Below, piece after piece: positions 25,005 to 35,982 of a stretch of 64,000 nucleotides of DNA; position 1 is the first letter of the stretch, and every line of letters begins with the position of its first letter. The translations under genes and the position numbers were made by a program. A model generated the notes under the pieces. That model ran no database searches. It was not told the DNA's origin and was given only the letters and a program-made list of their open reading frames with translations. The DNA lies in NCBI GenBank assembly GCA_964548205.1, contig CAZJPJ010000001.1, positions 60,086 to 124,085 of the forward strand. The letters are read 5' to 3'. The stretch comes from an uncultured Candidatus Saccharibacteria bacterium (GTDB lineage: Bacteria; Patescibacteriota; Minisyncoccia; Phycocordibacterales; WO2-35-19).

Positions 25005-25358
25005 GTGGTCGGCTTTTTGAGGTCTAGATCTGTGGCGGACAGGGATAAAATGGAGAGTGATAACCAAGACAAAGAGCTCGGTCGGCTTATTCTTTTGCGA
25101 GAATCATATAGGCACAAGGCTTTTCTTATGATGTTTGAAATACTGGTGATCTTTGGTCTCCCAGCCCTACTCGGGTTTTTCTTGGCCGACTATCTTGCTG
25201 CAAGATATGCTTTGCCAAAGATAGTAGAAGTTTTGATACTCTTGCCATTTTTTATACTCTCTTGGGTCATACTTATATTCAGGTACAAGATAGTAGACAG
25301 AGAACTCAAAGATGTGAACAAAAAGATACAAGAAATAAAAAACAAACAAACAAGTTAA
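25005..25358 (+). CDS. atpI: AtpI/AtpZ-like small membrane protein preceding atpB
   Basis: Two hydrophobic helices, located before atpB. A Met at 25050 is an alternative start. Confidence 0.4.
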   Translation: MVGFLRSRSVADRDKMESDNQDKELGRLILLRESYRHKAFLMMFEILVIFGLPALLGFFLADYLAARYALPKIVEVLILLPFFILSWVILIFRYKIVDRELKDVNKKIQEIKNKQTS

Positions 25359-25367
25359 AACTAAAAT

Positions 25368-26159
25368 ATGAATCCCCTTTCAATACAATCAGAAATACCA
25401 GATGTGGCTCCAGATATACTTTTTGATTTGTATTCTTGGCCTATAAGCAATTCTTTTCTTCTTTCTGTTTTGATAACTATATGCTTCTTAGTATTTGGTA
25501 TTTTGATAAAAAAAATATTGACCGAGAGAGCTGGCAAAGTACAGACATTTATAGAGATAGTCTACGAATGGATTGTTGGCCTCATCGTCCAAATCACGGG
25601 CGATAGAGAGAGGGCTGAGACAATTCTTCCGCTTGTCTCCTCTATATTTTTGTTTATAGCTGTGTCAAACGTCATAGGGGTAGTCCCCGGACTTTCTAGT
25701 TTTACTTATGAAGGCACTCCCCTCTTTCGTACTCCTACTACTGACTTCAACACTACTTTTGGTCTGGCTTTGGGCATGATAGTTATCATAAACATCATAA
25801 GTATCAAAGACTATGGATTATTTGGTTTTATCGGCAAGTTTGTCCAACTCGGAGAAGTGTGGAAAGGTTTCAGAGGTGGTTTGGGTAGTGGGCTGATGTC
25901 GCTTGTAAATTTTGGTATTGGTCTTCTAGATATCATTTCTGAACTTGCAAAGATAGTGTCACTTTCTTTGCGTCTTTTTGGCAATGTCTACGCTGGTGAA
26001 GTGCTAGTGGTAGTTATCTTCGGAGCTATAGCCTACGGTGCTCCAGGATTGTGGCTTGCAGTCTCTATGTTTTTTGGGCTAGTGCAAGCCGTAGTATTTA
26101 GCGCTTTGGTTACTGCTTATTATTCACAATCTAGAAAACCGAAAGAGATGATTGTATAG
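25368..26159 (+). CDS. atpB: F0F1 ATP synthase subunit a
   Basis: LSLRLFGNVYAGEVLVVVIF carries the conserved Arg of subunit a. Confidence 0.85.
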   Translation: MNPLSIQSEIPDVAPDILFDLYSWPISNSFLLSVLITICFLVFGILIKKILTERAGKVQTFIEIVYEWIVGLIVQITGDRERAETILPLVSSIFLFIAVSNVIGVVPGLSSFTYEGTPLFRTPTTDFNTTFGLALGMIVIINIISIKDYGLFGFIGKFVQLGEVWKGFRGGLGSGLMSLVNFGIGLLDIISELAKIVSLSLRLFGNVYAGEVLVVVIFGAIAYGAPGLWLAVSMFFGLVQAVVFSALVTAYYSQSRKPKEMIV

Positions 26160-26242
26160 CAGATAGAAAACAGGAAGTACCTAGGGTATCGCCTGTTCAC
26201 TGTCAGTTATTAAAAGTATTAAAAGAAATTAATTACAAAAAA

Positions 26243-26473
26243 ATGGAACAAGCTTTTCTAAGTCCGGAAGCAGCAAAGTATATCGCAAAAGGTATCATAG
26301 CTATATCGATGCTAGGTACAGCTATCGGTGAAGGTCTAGTGGTAGCCAAGGCTCTCGAGTCTATGGGTAGAAACCCTGAGCAAACTGACTCTCTCTTTAG
26401 CAAGATGATCATCGGTGTTGCTATGTGTGAGTCGACCGCTATCTACGCTCTCGTTATGTTCTTCGTTATCTAG
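26243..26473 (+). CDS. atpE: F0F1 ATP synthase subunit c
   Basis: 76-aa hairpin protein; GEGLVVAKALESMGRNPEQ is the loop motif and a conserved acidic residue sits in helix 2 (MCESTAIYALV). Confidence 0.85.
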   Translation: MEQAFLSPEAAKYIAKGIIAISMLGTAIGEGLVVAKALESMGRNPEQTDSLFSKMIIGVAMCESTAIYALVMFFVI

Positions 26474-26510
26474 CACTTTAAATGTCTGCATTTAATTTTT
26501 AAAAAATATT

Positions 26511-27002
26511 ATGCTTGAGATCTTGGGTAAAATCGGCTTTGACACCAAACTGGCCATTGCCAACATGGTGAACTTCATCGTGGTTTTTCTTGTCTTGCGT
26601 AGTCTTGTTTTTAAACCGATAAGGGAAGCTATAGAAGAAAGACAGAAAAAAATAAACGAAGGGTTGTCTTTTGCTGATGACGCCAAAGAGCGTATGGCAG
26701 AGGCTATGGCAGAAAAAGAATCTATATTGCAGTCTGCAAGAGGTGAGGCGGATACGCTGATCAAGTCTTCAACACAGAAAGCTAAGAACATCGAAGATAG
26801 CGCGGTCCAAAAATCACAAGAGTCTATCGAGAAGATGAAGCAAGAGGCTATACAAGAGATAGAAAGGAAAGAGAGTGATTCTATGAACAAACTCAGAAGT
26901 AAGGCTGGTGAATTGGCTCTAGATATGGCAGAGAAGATCATCAAGAGCGATGACTTCTCTAAAGACCGAAAGCAATTCTCAGAAAATATGTCAGCAAGAT
27001 AA
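26511..27002 (+). CDS. atpF: F0F1 ATP synthase subunit b
   Basis: N-terminal TM then a long charged helix; correct position in the operon. Confidence 0.75.
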   Translation: MLEILGKIGFDTKLAIANMVNFIVVFLVLRSLVFKPIREAIEERQKKINEGLSFADDAKERMAEAMAEKESILQSARGEADTLIKSSTQKAKNIEDSAVQKSQESIEKMKQEAIQEIERKESDSMNKLRSKAGELALDMAEKIIKSDDFSKDRKQFSENMSAR

Positions 27003-27015
27003 ATTTCCAAGTATT

Positions 27016-27405
27016 ATGTTGAATTCTAAGAACATAAAAAAAGCCATTGCTGAGTTGTCTAGTAGAGGTGTTTCTGACAAAGAGATTTCGAGCTCTGTTA
27101 TTTCTTTTCTTTCGAAACATCACATGCAGAGCATGCTACCTAGGGTACTATCTCTTTTGGATCATGATAATGCAAAAGAAAAAAAAGATAGCACACTGAA
27201 AATAAAAGTTTCTGCTAATAGCGAAGTCAGCACCAAGACGATCGATGCTATAAAGGTGAGAATGGACGCAATGAAAGCAGAGACTGAAATAGAAGAGGAC
27301 CCCTTCTTGGGTGCCGGATTCTTGGCAGAGTATAGAGGTATGGTTCTTGATGGTAGCGCAAGTAACCAGTTGAAGAAAATGAAGGAAACATTTAATAGAA
27401 AATAA
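27016..27405 (+). CDS. atpH: F0F1 ATP synthase subunit delta (short OSCP-like)
   Basis: C-terminus [26 protein letters not shown] matches the delta-subunit end. The ORF track start at 26950 overlaps atpF; the Met at 27016 avoids the overlap. Confidence 0.6.
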   Translation: MLNSKNIKKAIAELSSRGVSDKEISSSVISFLSKHHMQSMLPRVLSLLDHDNAKEKKDSTLKIKVSANSEVSTKTIDAIKVRMDAMKAETEIEEDPFLGAGFLAEYRGMVLDGSASNQLKKMKETFNRK

Positions 27406-27412
27406 AAAAATT

Positions 27413-28903
27413 ATGAGTACCGAAAAAATAATCAGCGAACTAGAGAAATCAATAAAAGACTTCATAGTCTCTGCAGATTTTGTATCTGTAGGTAAAGTAG
27501 TAGAAGCCAATGATTCTATCGTCAAAGTATCTGGTCTTTCTGGATGTGGTGCCGCAGAAATGCTTGAACTGCCAAACGGAGTCAAGGCTCTAGCTCTCAA
27601 CCTTGAAGAAGATTTTGTCGGAGCTGTTGTTTTCGATGCAAATGCGGAAGTGAAAGAAGGTGATGAAGTTCGACGCACAGGGAAGATTCTTTCGGTACCT
27701 GTAGGAAAGGCTTTTCTCGGTAGAGTGGTAGACCCTCTACTCAGACCAGTCGATGATAAGGGTGATATAAAATCTGACGCCGAATATTTGGTAGAAAAGA
27801 AAGCTCCTGGGGTGATGGAAAGACAAGCTGTCAGCGTACCTATGCAGACTGGTATAAAGTCTATCGACGCTATGATCCCGATCGGTCGTGGTCAGAGAGA
27901 GCTTATTATCGGCGATAGGCAGACCGGCAAGACTACTATTGCTATAGATACGATCCTAAACCAAAAAGGTAAAGATGTTGTCTGTATCTATGTTGCTATA
28001 GGTCAAAAGAAATCAAAGGTAGCACGCGTAGTAGAAACTCTACATGCAAATGGTGCCCTAGACTATACCACTGTGGTCCTTGCTGGAAGTTCCGATGGAG
28101 CTGCATTTTCCTACATTGCTCCTTATTCTGGGGCAGCTCTGGCGGAGTATTTTATGGATCAGGGCAAAGATGTGCTGATAGTTTATGACGATCTTTCGAA
28201 ACACGCAGTTGCTTACAGAGAGATTTCGTTGCTCTTGCGCCGCCCGCCCGGACGCGAAGCTTATCCGGGAGATGTTTTTTATCTACACTCTCGCCTACTA
28301 GAACGTGCAGCTAGGAGAAATAAGGAAGCAGGAGGCGGTTCTATCACAGCCTTGCCGATCATAGAGACACAAGCCAATGATATCAGTGCTTATATTCCTA
28401 CAAATGTCATTTCGATCACTGATGGGCAGATATTCCTAGAGTCTGCACTGTTCAACAAAGGTCTAAGACCTGCGATAAATGTCGGTCTTTCTGTGTCTCG
28501 AGTTGGGGGTGCTGCTCAGATAAAGTCAGTAAAATCAGCGGCTGGAAAGGTAAAACTCGATCTTGCTCAGTACAGAGAACTCGAAGCTTTTGCCCAGTTT
28601 GCAAGTGACCTAGATCCAGATACTAAGAAAGTTATTGAACGCGGTAGAAGAGTGACTGAGCTTATGAAGCAACCGCCGGGTAAACCAGTAAGAGTGGGTG
28701 TGCAAGTGGTACTCTTCTATGCAGCCAAGGATGGTAGATTGGACGCTTTGAACGTGGAAGATATCGGTGCTTGGGAAAGGCAAATAACAGAAAGATTGAT
28801 CAGTTCGGAAGAATCTATGCTCAAGGAGATCGAATCAGGTTGGAGTGAAGAGATAGAAGGAAATATAAAGAAGTTTCTAGATAATTTTGTATTTTCTAAA
28901 TAA
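27413..28903 (+). CDS. atpA: F0F1 ATP synthase subunit alpha
   Basis: Walker [19 protein letters not shown] and other alpha-subunit signatures. Confidence 0.95.
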   Translation: MSTEKIISELEKSIKDFIVSADFVSVGKVVEANDSIVKVSGLSGCGAAEMLELPNGVKALALNLEEDFVGAVVFDANAEVKEGDEVRRTGKILSVPVGKAFLGRVVDPLLRPVDDKGDIKSDAEYLVEKKAPGVMERQAVSVPMQTGIKSIDAMIPIGRGQRELIIGDRQTGKTTIAIDTILNQKGKDVVCIYVAIGQKKSKVARVVETLHANGALDYTTVVLAGSSDGAAFSYIAPYSGAALAEYFMDQGKDVLIVYDDLSKHAVAYREISLLLRRPPGREAYPGDVFYLHSRLLERAARRNKEAGGGSITALPIIETQANDISAYIPTNVISITDGQIFLESALFNKGLRPAINVGLSVSRVGGAAQIKSVKSAAGKVKLDLAQYRELEAFAQFASDLDPDTKKVIERGRRVTELMKQPPGKPVRVGVQVVLFYAAKDGRLDALNVEDIGAWERQITERLISSEESMLKEIESGWSEEIEGNIKKFLDNFVFSK

Positions 28904-28912
28904 TCAGGAAAT

Positions 28913-29836
28913 ATGGCTGAAAACATCAAAGAATTAAAACAGAAGATACGCTCAGTAGAGTCCATAGGTAAGATAACTAAAGCTATGGAGATGATCGCTC
29001 GTTCCAAGATGAAACAAGCGGTAGACAACGCTCTTGCTACTCGTACATATGCTACCCTAGCCTTGGAGCTTTTGGTCAACATATCAAGCAAAAACGGAGA
29101 TGAACCGCATGTTCTTCTGTCCAGACCTAAATCACCCAAGACTCTTATTATCCACATCGCATCAAACAAAGGGCTTTGTGGCAGCTTCAATGCCCAGATG
29201 AACAAGGTTTTGCATTTGGTAATAAGTGGAGGTGGTTTGGAAGAGGTAGATTTTATAACTATCGGCAAGAAAGCAAGAGAACAAGTAGTGAGACTCGGTA
29301 AATACCCCATTCTTACATTTGACGAAACAAACGATTCTCCAAAGTTCGAGGATTATAGGATGCTTTACGATGAAGTCATATCTAGTTTTATGCAAGAAAA
29401 GTATAAAAGTGTAGTTATGCTATACTCTAACTTCTTGAATGTCTTTAGTCGAGAACAAATCGGCCGAGAGATTTTGCCTGTATCTGCTCAAAACGTAAAA
29501 AACCTTATCGAGCATTTGGGAAGAATAGAAGATGATATAGAAATAATAAACCTAGAAAAACAGCAACAATTTTCTGAATATGTTTATGAACCGAATGTAA
29601 ATGTTATTCTTGAAACGGTCTTGCCAAAATTGGTAGCTGTGCAGATATTTCAAGGACTTCTAGAATCTAGAGCTAGTGAAGAATCTGCTCGTATGGTTGC
29701 TATGAAGAGTGCTACTGACAATAGCAATAAGTTCAAAAATGATCTGAGTGTTCGCTATAACCGTGCTCGTCAGGCTAGTATCACCAATGAAATCATAGAG
29801 ATATCGAGTGGGGCTAGTGCGGTAGCAACCGGATAA
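28913..29836 (+). CDS. atpG: F0F1 ATP synthase subunit gamma
   Basis: Position in operon and the conserved C-terminus ITNEIIEI...GA.A. Confidence 0.85.
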   Translation: MAENIKELKQKIRSVESIGKITKAMEMIARSKMKQAVDNALATRTYATLALELLVNISSKNGDEPHVLLSRPKSPKTLIIHIASNKGLCGSFNAQMNKVLHLVISGGGLEEVDFITIGKKAREQVVRLGKYPILTFDETNDSPKFEDYRMLYDEVISSFMQEKYKSVVMLYSNFLNVFSREQIGREILPVSAQNVKNLIEHLGRIEDDIEIINLEKQQQFSEYVYEPNVNVILETVLPKLVAVQIFQGLLESRASEESARMVAMKSATDNSNKFKNDLSVRYNRARQASITNEIIEISSGASAVATG

Positions 29837-29852
29837 TTATAAATTTTATTAA

Positions 29853-31235
<1,383 letters not shown>

Positions 31236-31258
31236 AAATAAAAAGAGTAATAAAACAA

Positions 31259-31519
31259 GTGAGCAAGAATACTCTAAAACTAAAGATCGCTACTCCCGAT
31301 GGTATCGCCTACAACGACACAGTTTTCAGTGTAAACCTAAAGACAGAGATGGGAGAAATAACTATTTTGCCAAACCACATTCCCCTAGTCTCTGCTCTTG
31401 CGGCCGGACCGATAAGGATCATGGCGGAAAAGGAAAACAAAGCTTTTCTATCTGGTAGTGGTGTCATCGAAGTCAAACGTGGTAGCGAAGTCACTATCCT
31501 TGCCGACCACATCGGGTAG
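31259..31519 (+). CDS. atpC: F0F1 ATP synthase subunit epsilon (beta-sandwich domain only)
   Basis: LKIATPDGIAYNDTVFSVNLKTEMGEITILPNHIPLVSAL matches the epsilon N-terminal domain. Confidence 0.75.
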   Translation: MSKNTLKLKIATPDGIAYNDTVFSVNLKTEMGEITILPNHIPLVSALAAGPIRIMAEKENKAFLSGSGVIEVKRGSEVTILADHIG

Positions 31520-31600
31520 GTGAAGAGAGGGGTCTGGTGTTTGATTCCCGTATTTGCCCAAGTAGTTTTCATGTAGCAGGAAAGGTGATGGCTACCAAGT

Positions 31601-32611
31601 CTATTTTATCGTTAGAGTGTTTATTATCTGATGGAATGAATTCACACAACTTGAGGATATAGCACTCCCTCCGATTGGGGATATCTCAAGGGTGTTTCCA
31701 AGTGTGGGAAAATCAAAGATACCAGCCCAGACAAGATTTATACCTGAATATATGTATCTAGATTGAAATTTATTACCACTTAAATCAATGATTTTATTCT
31801 CTGCACGGTATTCTGCTCCCTCAAAGTCCCTACCTGTGCCGTCATGGGAAAATGTCACCACACATTTTTCTCCTCGAAATTGAGTTAGGTCATCACTGTA
31901 TTCAGGGCTTTCACCTAAAGGAGGACCTCCCAATTTCCAATTAGAAGGATATTTGATTGCGAAATTGTGCTTATTGTTGGTGTAAGTATTCCAGTCCGAA
32001 ATACTTGTCAATGTTTCTAGATTATCCAATTCTGTATTTTCTGGGGCCAACCTATTATCGTATAAAAATTGGACTTCGACATACATACCATTGGCCACTG
32101 CATCGCGAGAGCCTACTCTCAAGATCAATGGTCGGTTATCCTTTTTATAAATATAATCATTGTAATAGCTAATATCATCAGGTTTTGCTATAACCGACCA
32201 ATCATTATTTGTGAGAGCTTCCTTTATTAAATCAACATCGCTATTTAGTCTTTCATGCGCTCCATCTACTTGAGATCCCCCCTCATTAAAAATTTTTAAC
32301 AGACGGAGTATTCTTCCTTTTTGTAGTTTATCCAACACACTCATATTGGCGCTATTTATCTGGTTTACTTGCCAATCGGAAATATATTCACTAGATTGCC
32401 AATCTATGGCTCTACTCAATAAATTGTAATCTTCCTGATATGGGTTGCTTATGTATTCAGCTGTAGAAGGTAGATTATTATTCCTCTGTGTCAGGCCTAG
32501 ATTTTTCTGGGTTATTTCTTTATTTGTGATAAGAAAATATACCAGTACACAAAATGCCAGTATTGCCATAAATACTAATGTTGCATTCCTAACATTTTTG
32601 TTTTGATCCAT
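31601..32611 (-). CDS. hypothetical exported protein (N-terminal TM anchor)
   Basis: MDQNKNVRNATLVFMAILAFCVLVYFLI; Trp/Tyr/Asn-rich; no recognised motif. Confidence 0.5.
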   Translation of the reverse strand: MDQNKNVRNATLVFMAILAFCVLVYFLITNKEITQKNLGLTQRNNNLPSTAEYISNPYQEDYNLLSRAIDWQSSEYISDWQVNQINSANMSVLDKLQKGRILRLLKIFNEGGSQVDGAHERLNSDVDLIKEALTNNDWSVIAKPDDISYYNDYIYKKDNRPLILRVGSRDAVANGMYVEVQFLYDNRLAPENTELDNLETLTSISDWNTYTNNKHNFAIKYPSNWKLGGPPLGESPEYSDDLTQFRGEKCVVTFSHDGTGRDFEGAEYRAENKIIDLSGNKFQSRYIYSGINLVWAGIFDFPTLGNTLEISPIGGSAISSSCVNSFHQIINTLTIK

Positions 32612-32677
32612 TTAATTTTAATTACTCATTATTAAATTTAGGTATAGTTTATTTTTTAATCGTAACAAAGTTGATTA

Positions 32678-32715
32678 CCCAAATCAACAACCACCGCGGC
32701 ACACAAGGTGCCGCG
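32678..32715 (-). terminator. hairpin CCACCGCGGCAC, loop acaag, GTGCCGCGGTGG
   Basis: 12-bp GC stem downstream of the 32726..32932 ORF. Confidence 0.45.
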
Positions 32716-32725
32716 GTGGTTTGGG

Positions 32726-32932
32726 TCAGATTCGATCCAGCCTCCTTCCTCTCACTGCCTTATCACGGAGTTTCTGAACTTCCTCCGTTGTTATTTGGCA
32801 ATACGTTGCGACTCCCTTGAGAAATTGGAAGTCGTCTATTAGTCTATGGTGCACTCGGTTCATTTTATGGGGGTGCACCACACTACCCTCCGAGACTAAT
32901 TTTATCAATTCACCAACTTCGTGTACGTGCAT
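32726..32932 (-). CDS. small hypothetical protein (68 aa), moderately GC-rich
   Basis: ORF followed by the terminator hairpin; no SD seen; weak call. Confidence 0.3.
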   Translation of the reverse strand: MHVHEVGELIKLVSEGSVVHPHKMNRVHHRLIDDFQFLKGVATYCQITTEEVQKLRDKAVRGRRLDRI

Positions 32933-33058
32933 ATCTACTGAATATTACACAACAATCCCAAAAAAAGTATATATAAATATGGCACTTTATTCTACATTAC
33001 AAAACCAAACTACCTATCTATTTCGCTATACGAAATGTTATAATAAGACCAAGTTATT

Positions 33059-33733
33059 ATGAACGAAGATACCAAATACCCAGAAGTTATAGCCCTTTCT
33101 TGCTCTCCTTCTCGAGGGAGAAATTCTGACACTATGCTCGATAGCTTTATCGAAGGTTTCAAAGAAAAAAGTAATCATAGTGTAGAAAAGATATATCTCT
33201 ATGATATACCGATAGATGATTTTTGTTTTGAAAATAGATTAGGGGCTTGCGGTCATGAAGAAAAATTTAAAGAATTGTGCGACAAAATTTTACACGCCAA
33301 AGCTCTTGTCATAGCTACCCCTACATACAACTTCAGTGTCCCTGCTAGGCTCAAAAATTTTATAGATAGAATAAGGTTTTTTGCTCTCGATTTTGAAAAC
33401 AAGAGCCGACTCGGTCAGCCCGGTGGCAAGCTCGAACACCTGAGGGTCTACTTTATTGTTTCAGGTGGTACTCCTAGTTGGGCTCAAAAAATGTTGTTTT
33501 TTGCCTTCCCTCCTTTTTGGCTCAGGGGTGTTTTTCTTTACTATGGCGCGCATTGTTTGGGTGCTATATATAGTGGTGATATCAATACTTTTCAAAACCA
33601 GAAGATATTAAACTCTTGTAAAAGGAGGGGGGCTCGCTTTGCAGTAAGACTATACAAAGGTCATGAAAATGCTTTTCTTGAGAGGTTGTTCTTCAGACCT
33701 CCAGATCATTCAGAACATTTTACAAAACAATAA
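33059..33733 (+). CDS. flavodoxin-like NAD(P)H-dependent FMN reductase family protein
   Basis: VIALSCSPSRGRNSDTMLDSF...ALVIATPTYNFSVPARLKNFIDR is the FMN_red / iron-sulfur flavoprotein pattern. Confidence 0.6.
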   Translation: MNEDTKYPEVIALSCSPSRGRNSDTMLDSFIEGFKEKSNHSVEKIYLYDIPIDDFCFENRLGACGHEEKFKELCDKILHAKALVIATPTYNFSVPARLKNFIDRIRFFALDFENKSRLGQPGGKLEHLRVYFIVSGGTPSWAQKMLFFAFPPFWLRGVFLYYGAHCLGAIYSGDINTFQNQKILNSCKRRGARFAVRLYKGHENAFLERLFFRPPDHSEHFTKQ

Positions 33734-33751
33734 TTTTTTAGTTTTTTGATA

Positions 33752-33976
33752 CTAAGCCAGTTTTTGGAGCTCGTCTTTGTACTTTTGCATTACACTCATA
33801 GCTGCATCCATCTCGCTTTTACCTTTTTTCATCTCTTCTTGAGTTTCTAGAGCTATTTTTTGAAATAGTTCTGGGTTTTTCTCTACCATATTCAAAACCA
33901 TTTCTTGTTGGTCTTTGGGTATGTCTTTCATCTTAGACTCAAGCATCTTCCTCATTAAAAAGTTTTTTATGCCCAT
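33752..33976 (-). CDS. small helical hypothetical protein (74 aa)
   Basis: Charged helical sequence; no motif. Confidence 0.35.
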   Translation of the reverse strand: MGIKNFLMRKMLESKMKDIPKDQQEMVLNMVEKNPELFQKIALETQEEMKKGKSEMDAAMSVMQKYKDELQKLA

Positions 33977-33986
33977 ATTTTTATGT

Positions 33987-34814
33987 TTATTGTGTTATGT
34001 TTCTCATAAAAGCCAGCGCCCCATACAATCCTCCGACATCATTCAGTTCTGATTTCTTGAGTATTGGTATTTCCGGAAATATTTTTAGAGTTTCCTTTAG
34101 GTATTCTCTGGTTTTATCTACCGATATAGCCGGATCTCCAGTGATCATGGATCCGCCCAGGACTATACAATCAGGCGACCAAAATATACAAACATTACAG
34201 AGTCCAAAGGCTAGCTTCTTGGCATAGTCGTCCCAAAAGCTTGGGTCTGTTATCTCCCTCGGTTTTTTACCAAGTCTATTTTCTAGTTCTCGCCCACCTA
34301 TCAGTTGTTGTAGGGTCTCATTTTTTTCAATATTTAGCAATTGGTGACCGGGTTCGAAGCCAATGAGCTTTTCATCCACCTTTCCATCTACAAGGCGAGC
34401 TCCTCCTACACCAGTAGATACTGTGATGTAAGCTACTATTCTGTTCCCTCTGCCAGCACCGAAGACAGTTTCGCCCAGGCCCACCATAGCCGCATCATTT
34501 TCTATATATATATTTACACCAAGCTCTCTCTCAATATCAGCTTTTAGGGGCCTGCCTATCCAGCCTTGAAGATTTGGGCTGCCTACTAAGCTCCTTTTTT
34601 TCTCGTCAAATGGTCCTGCAATGCCACCAACTACCATGTCTATTTTTTCATTGCCGGCCACCTTCTTGGCTGTTTCGACAAATTTTGCCACCCCGACATT
34701 GTAGTCTTGTGGCGTTTCTATTATTTCTGGTTGCTCGAAAGATATGCCATCTTTGCTGAAGGCCAGACGCATCTTACTTCCACCTATATCAAAAAGTATG
34801 GCGCTTTTACTCAT
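33987..34814 (-). CDS. glk: ROK-family sugar kinase (glucokinase-like)
   Basis: ILFDIGGSKMRLAF...ENDAAMVGLGE...YITVSTGVGGARL are ROK/glucokinase signatures. Confidence 0.75.
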   Translation of the reverse strand: MSKSAILFDIGGSKMRLAFSKDGISFEQPEIIETPQDYNVGVAKFVETAKKVAGNEKIDMVVGGIAGPFDEKKRSLVGSPNLQGWIGRPLKADIERELGVNIYIENDAAMVGLGETVFGAGRGNRIVAYITVSTGVGGARLVDGKVDEKLIGFEPGHQLLNIEKNETLQQLIGGRELENRLGKKPREITDPSFWDDYAKKLAFGLCNVCIFWSPDCIVLGGSMITGDPAISVDKTREYLKETLKIFPEIPILKKSELNDVGGLYGALAFMRNITQ

Positions 34815-34832
34815 ATTACGTATTTATGTATT

Positions 34833-35924
34833 CTACCTCAAATTAGCCTTATATTCTTCCACAGCTGGTTGGTTGTACGGATCGACCTTAAGCAGTCTAC
34901 ATACAGATACCGTAAGCAGCATCATAAAAGCAAAATACCTACCTATATTATATTCGTCTACTTTTTCAAATATAAACTCATAGTAAGGTATATTTTTCTC
35001 CATGTATGCTGTAAGGATCTCTTGGTAGGAACTTGCTTCTATGCTGCCTACAGCTTCTTCTTGTGTGTACAAGAAAATAGTAAAGCGCTTTTTCTTGCCC
35101 CCCAAATCGAGCTGCAACATAGAGTGCAAATCTCTAGGGCCTATGGAGACTATGGGCGTCAGGTCTATCTTCTCCCCTTCTTCTGATGTTTTACCTATAC
35201 TTTCTGCTATCAGTTGTCGAGTCCAATCACCCAATGCTTCGAGTTGGGAATTGAATGTAAAAAGGTCGATAATGTCGGTGCCGCTTTCATATAAGTGTCT
35301 TATTTTTGATGCCAAAACTTCTACCTTATCTAGTAGCTCACTGTCGTTGACTACACTTTGCCCTCCTTCTTTTAACTGTTTTGTTTTGGTGCCTAGTATC
35401 TCAAGAGGTAAAGTGTGAGCGACGCTAAATGCACTGTATCTACCACCTATTTCTCCATCCCAATCAAGTATTTTAAAGCCGTATCTTAGGGCAATTTCTC
35501 TGAGTGCTCCATTTTTACCTGTTATCACAAGAGTCCTTTGGTTTATCTTGTCTCCAAATTTTTCTGAGAGTAATACTTCAACTTTCTTATATGTGTCCAA
35601 TGTCTCTCTTGTATTTCCAGACTTGCTAGACACTATTAGGCAAAAATCCTTTGGATCAGATATTTTATTTATAACCTCTTTTATTTTTTGTTGTTCGCGG
35701 CCGTCTAAAGATTCTAAAAAGAATACTTCTTTATCTTCTTTCCACAAAGCTTCCCAGACTGCTTTCGTGGCCAAATTTGATCCACCTATACCAACAAGAA
35801 AGACAGTGCTAGTACCAGCAAACTGTGAAGCAACTTCTTTTATTTGGTCTATCTTACTATTATCAAAAAGGGGGGACAGGAATCCAGAAGGCTTGGTTTT
35901 ATCTCTAAATTGAGCTATGTCCAT
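34833..35924 (-). CDS. pgi: glucose-6-phosphate isomerase (short SIS-type PGI)
   Basis: VFLVGIGGSNLATKAVWEAL and GGRYSAFSVAHTLPLEILG are PGI signatures. Confidence 0.8.
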   Translation of the reverse strand: MDIAQFRDKTKPSGFLSPLFDNSKIDQIKEVASQFAGTSTVFLVGIGGSNLATKAVWEALWKEDKEVFFLESLDGREQQKIKEVINKISDPKDFCLIVSSKSGNTRETLDTYKKVEVLLSEKFGDKINQRTLVITGKNGALREIALRYGFKILDWDGEIGGRYSAFSVAHTLPLEILGTKTKQLKEGGQSVVNDSELLDKVEVLASKIRHLYESGTDIIDLFTFNSQLEALGDWTRQLIAESIGKTSEEGEKIDLTPIVSIGPRDLHSMLQLDLGGKKKRFTIFLYTQEEAVGSIEASSYQEILTAYMEKNIPYYEFIFEKVDEYNIGRYFAFMMLLTVSVCRLLKVDPYNQPAVEEYKANLR

Positions 35925-35982
35925 ATGTCTCCATTATATCAAATTGTAGTATAATGCCTCTAGTTCTAATCTGACACAAAGC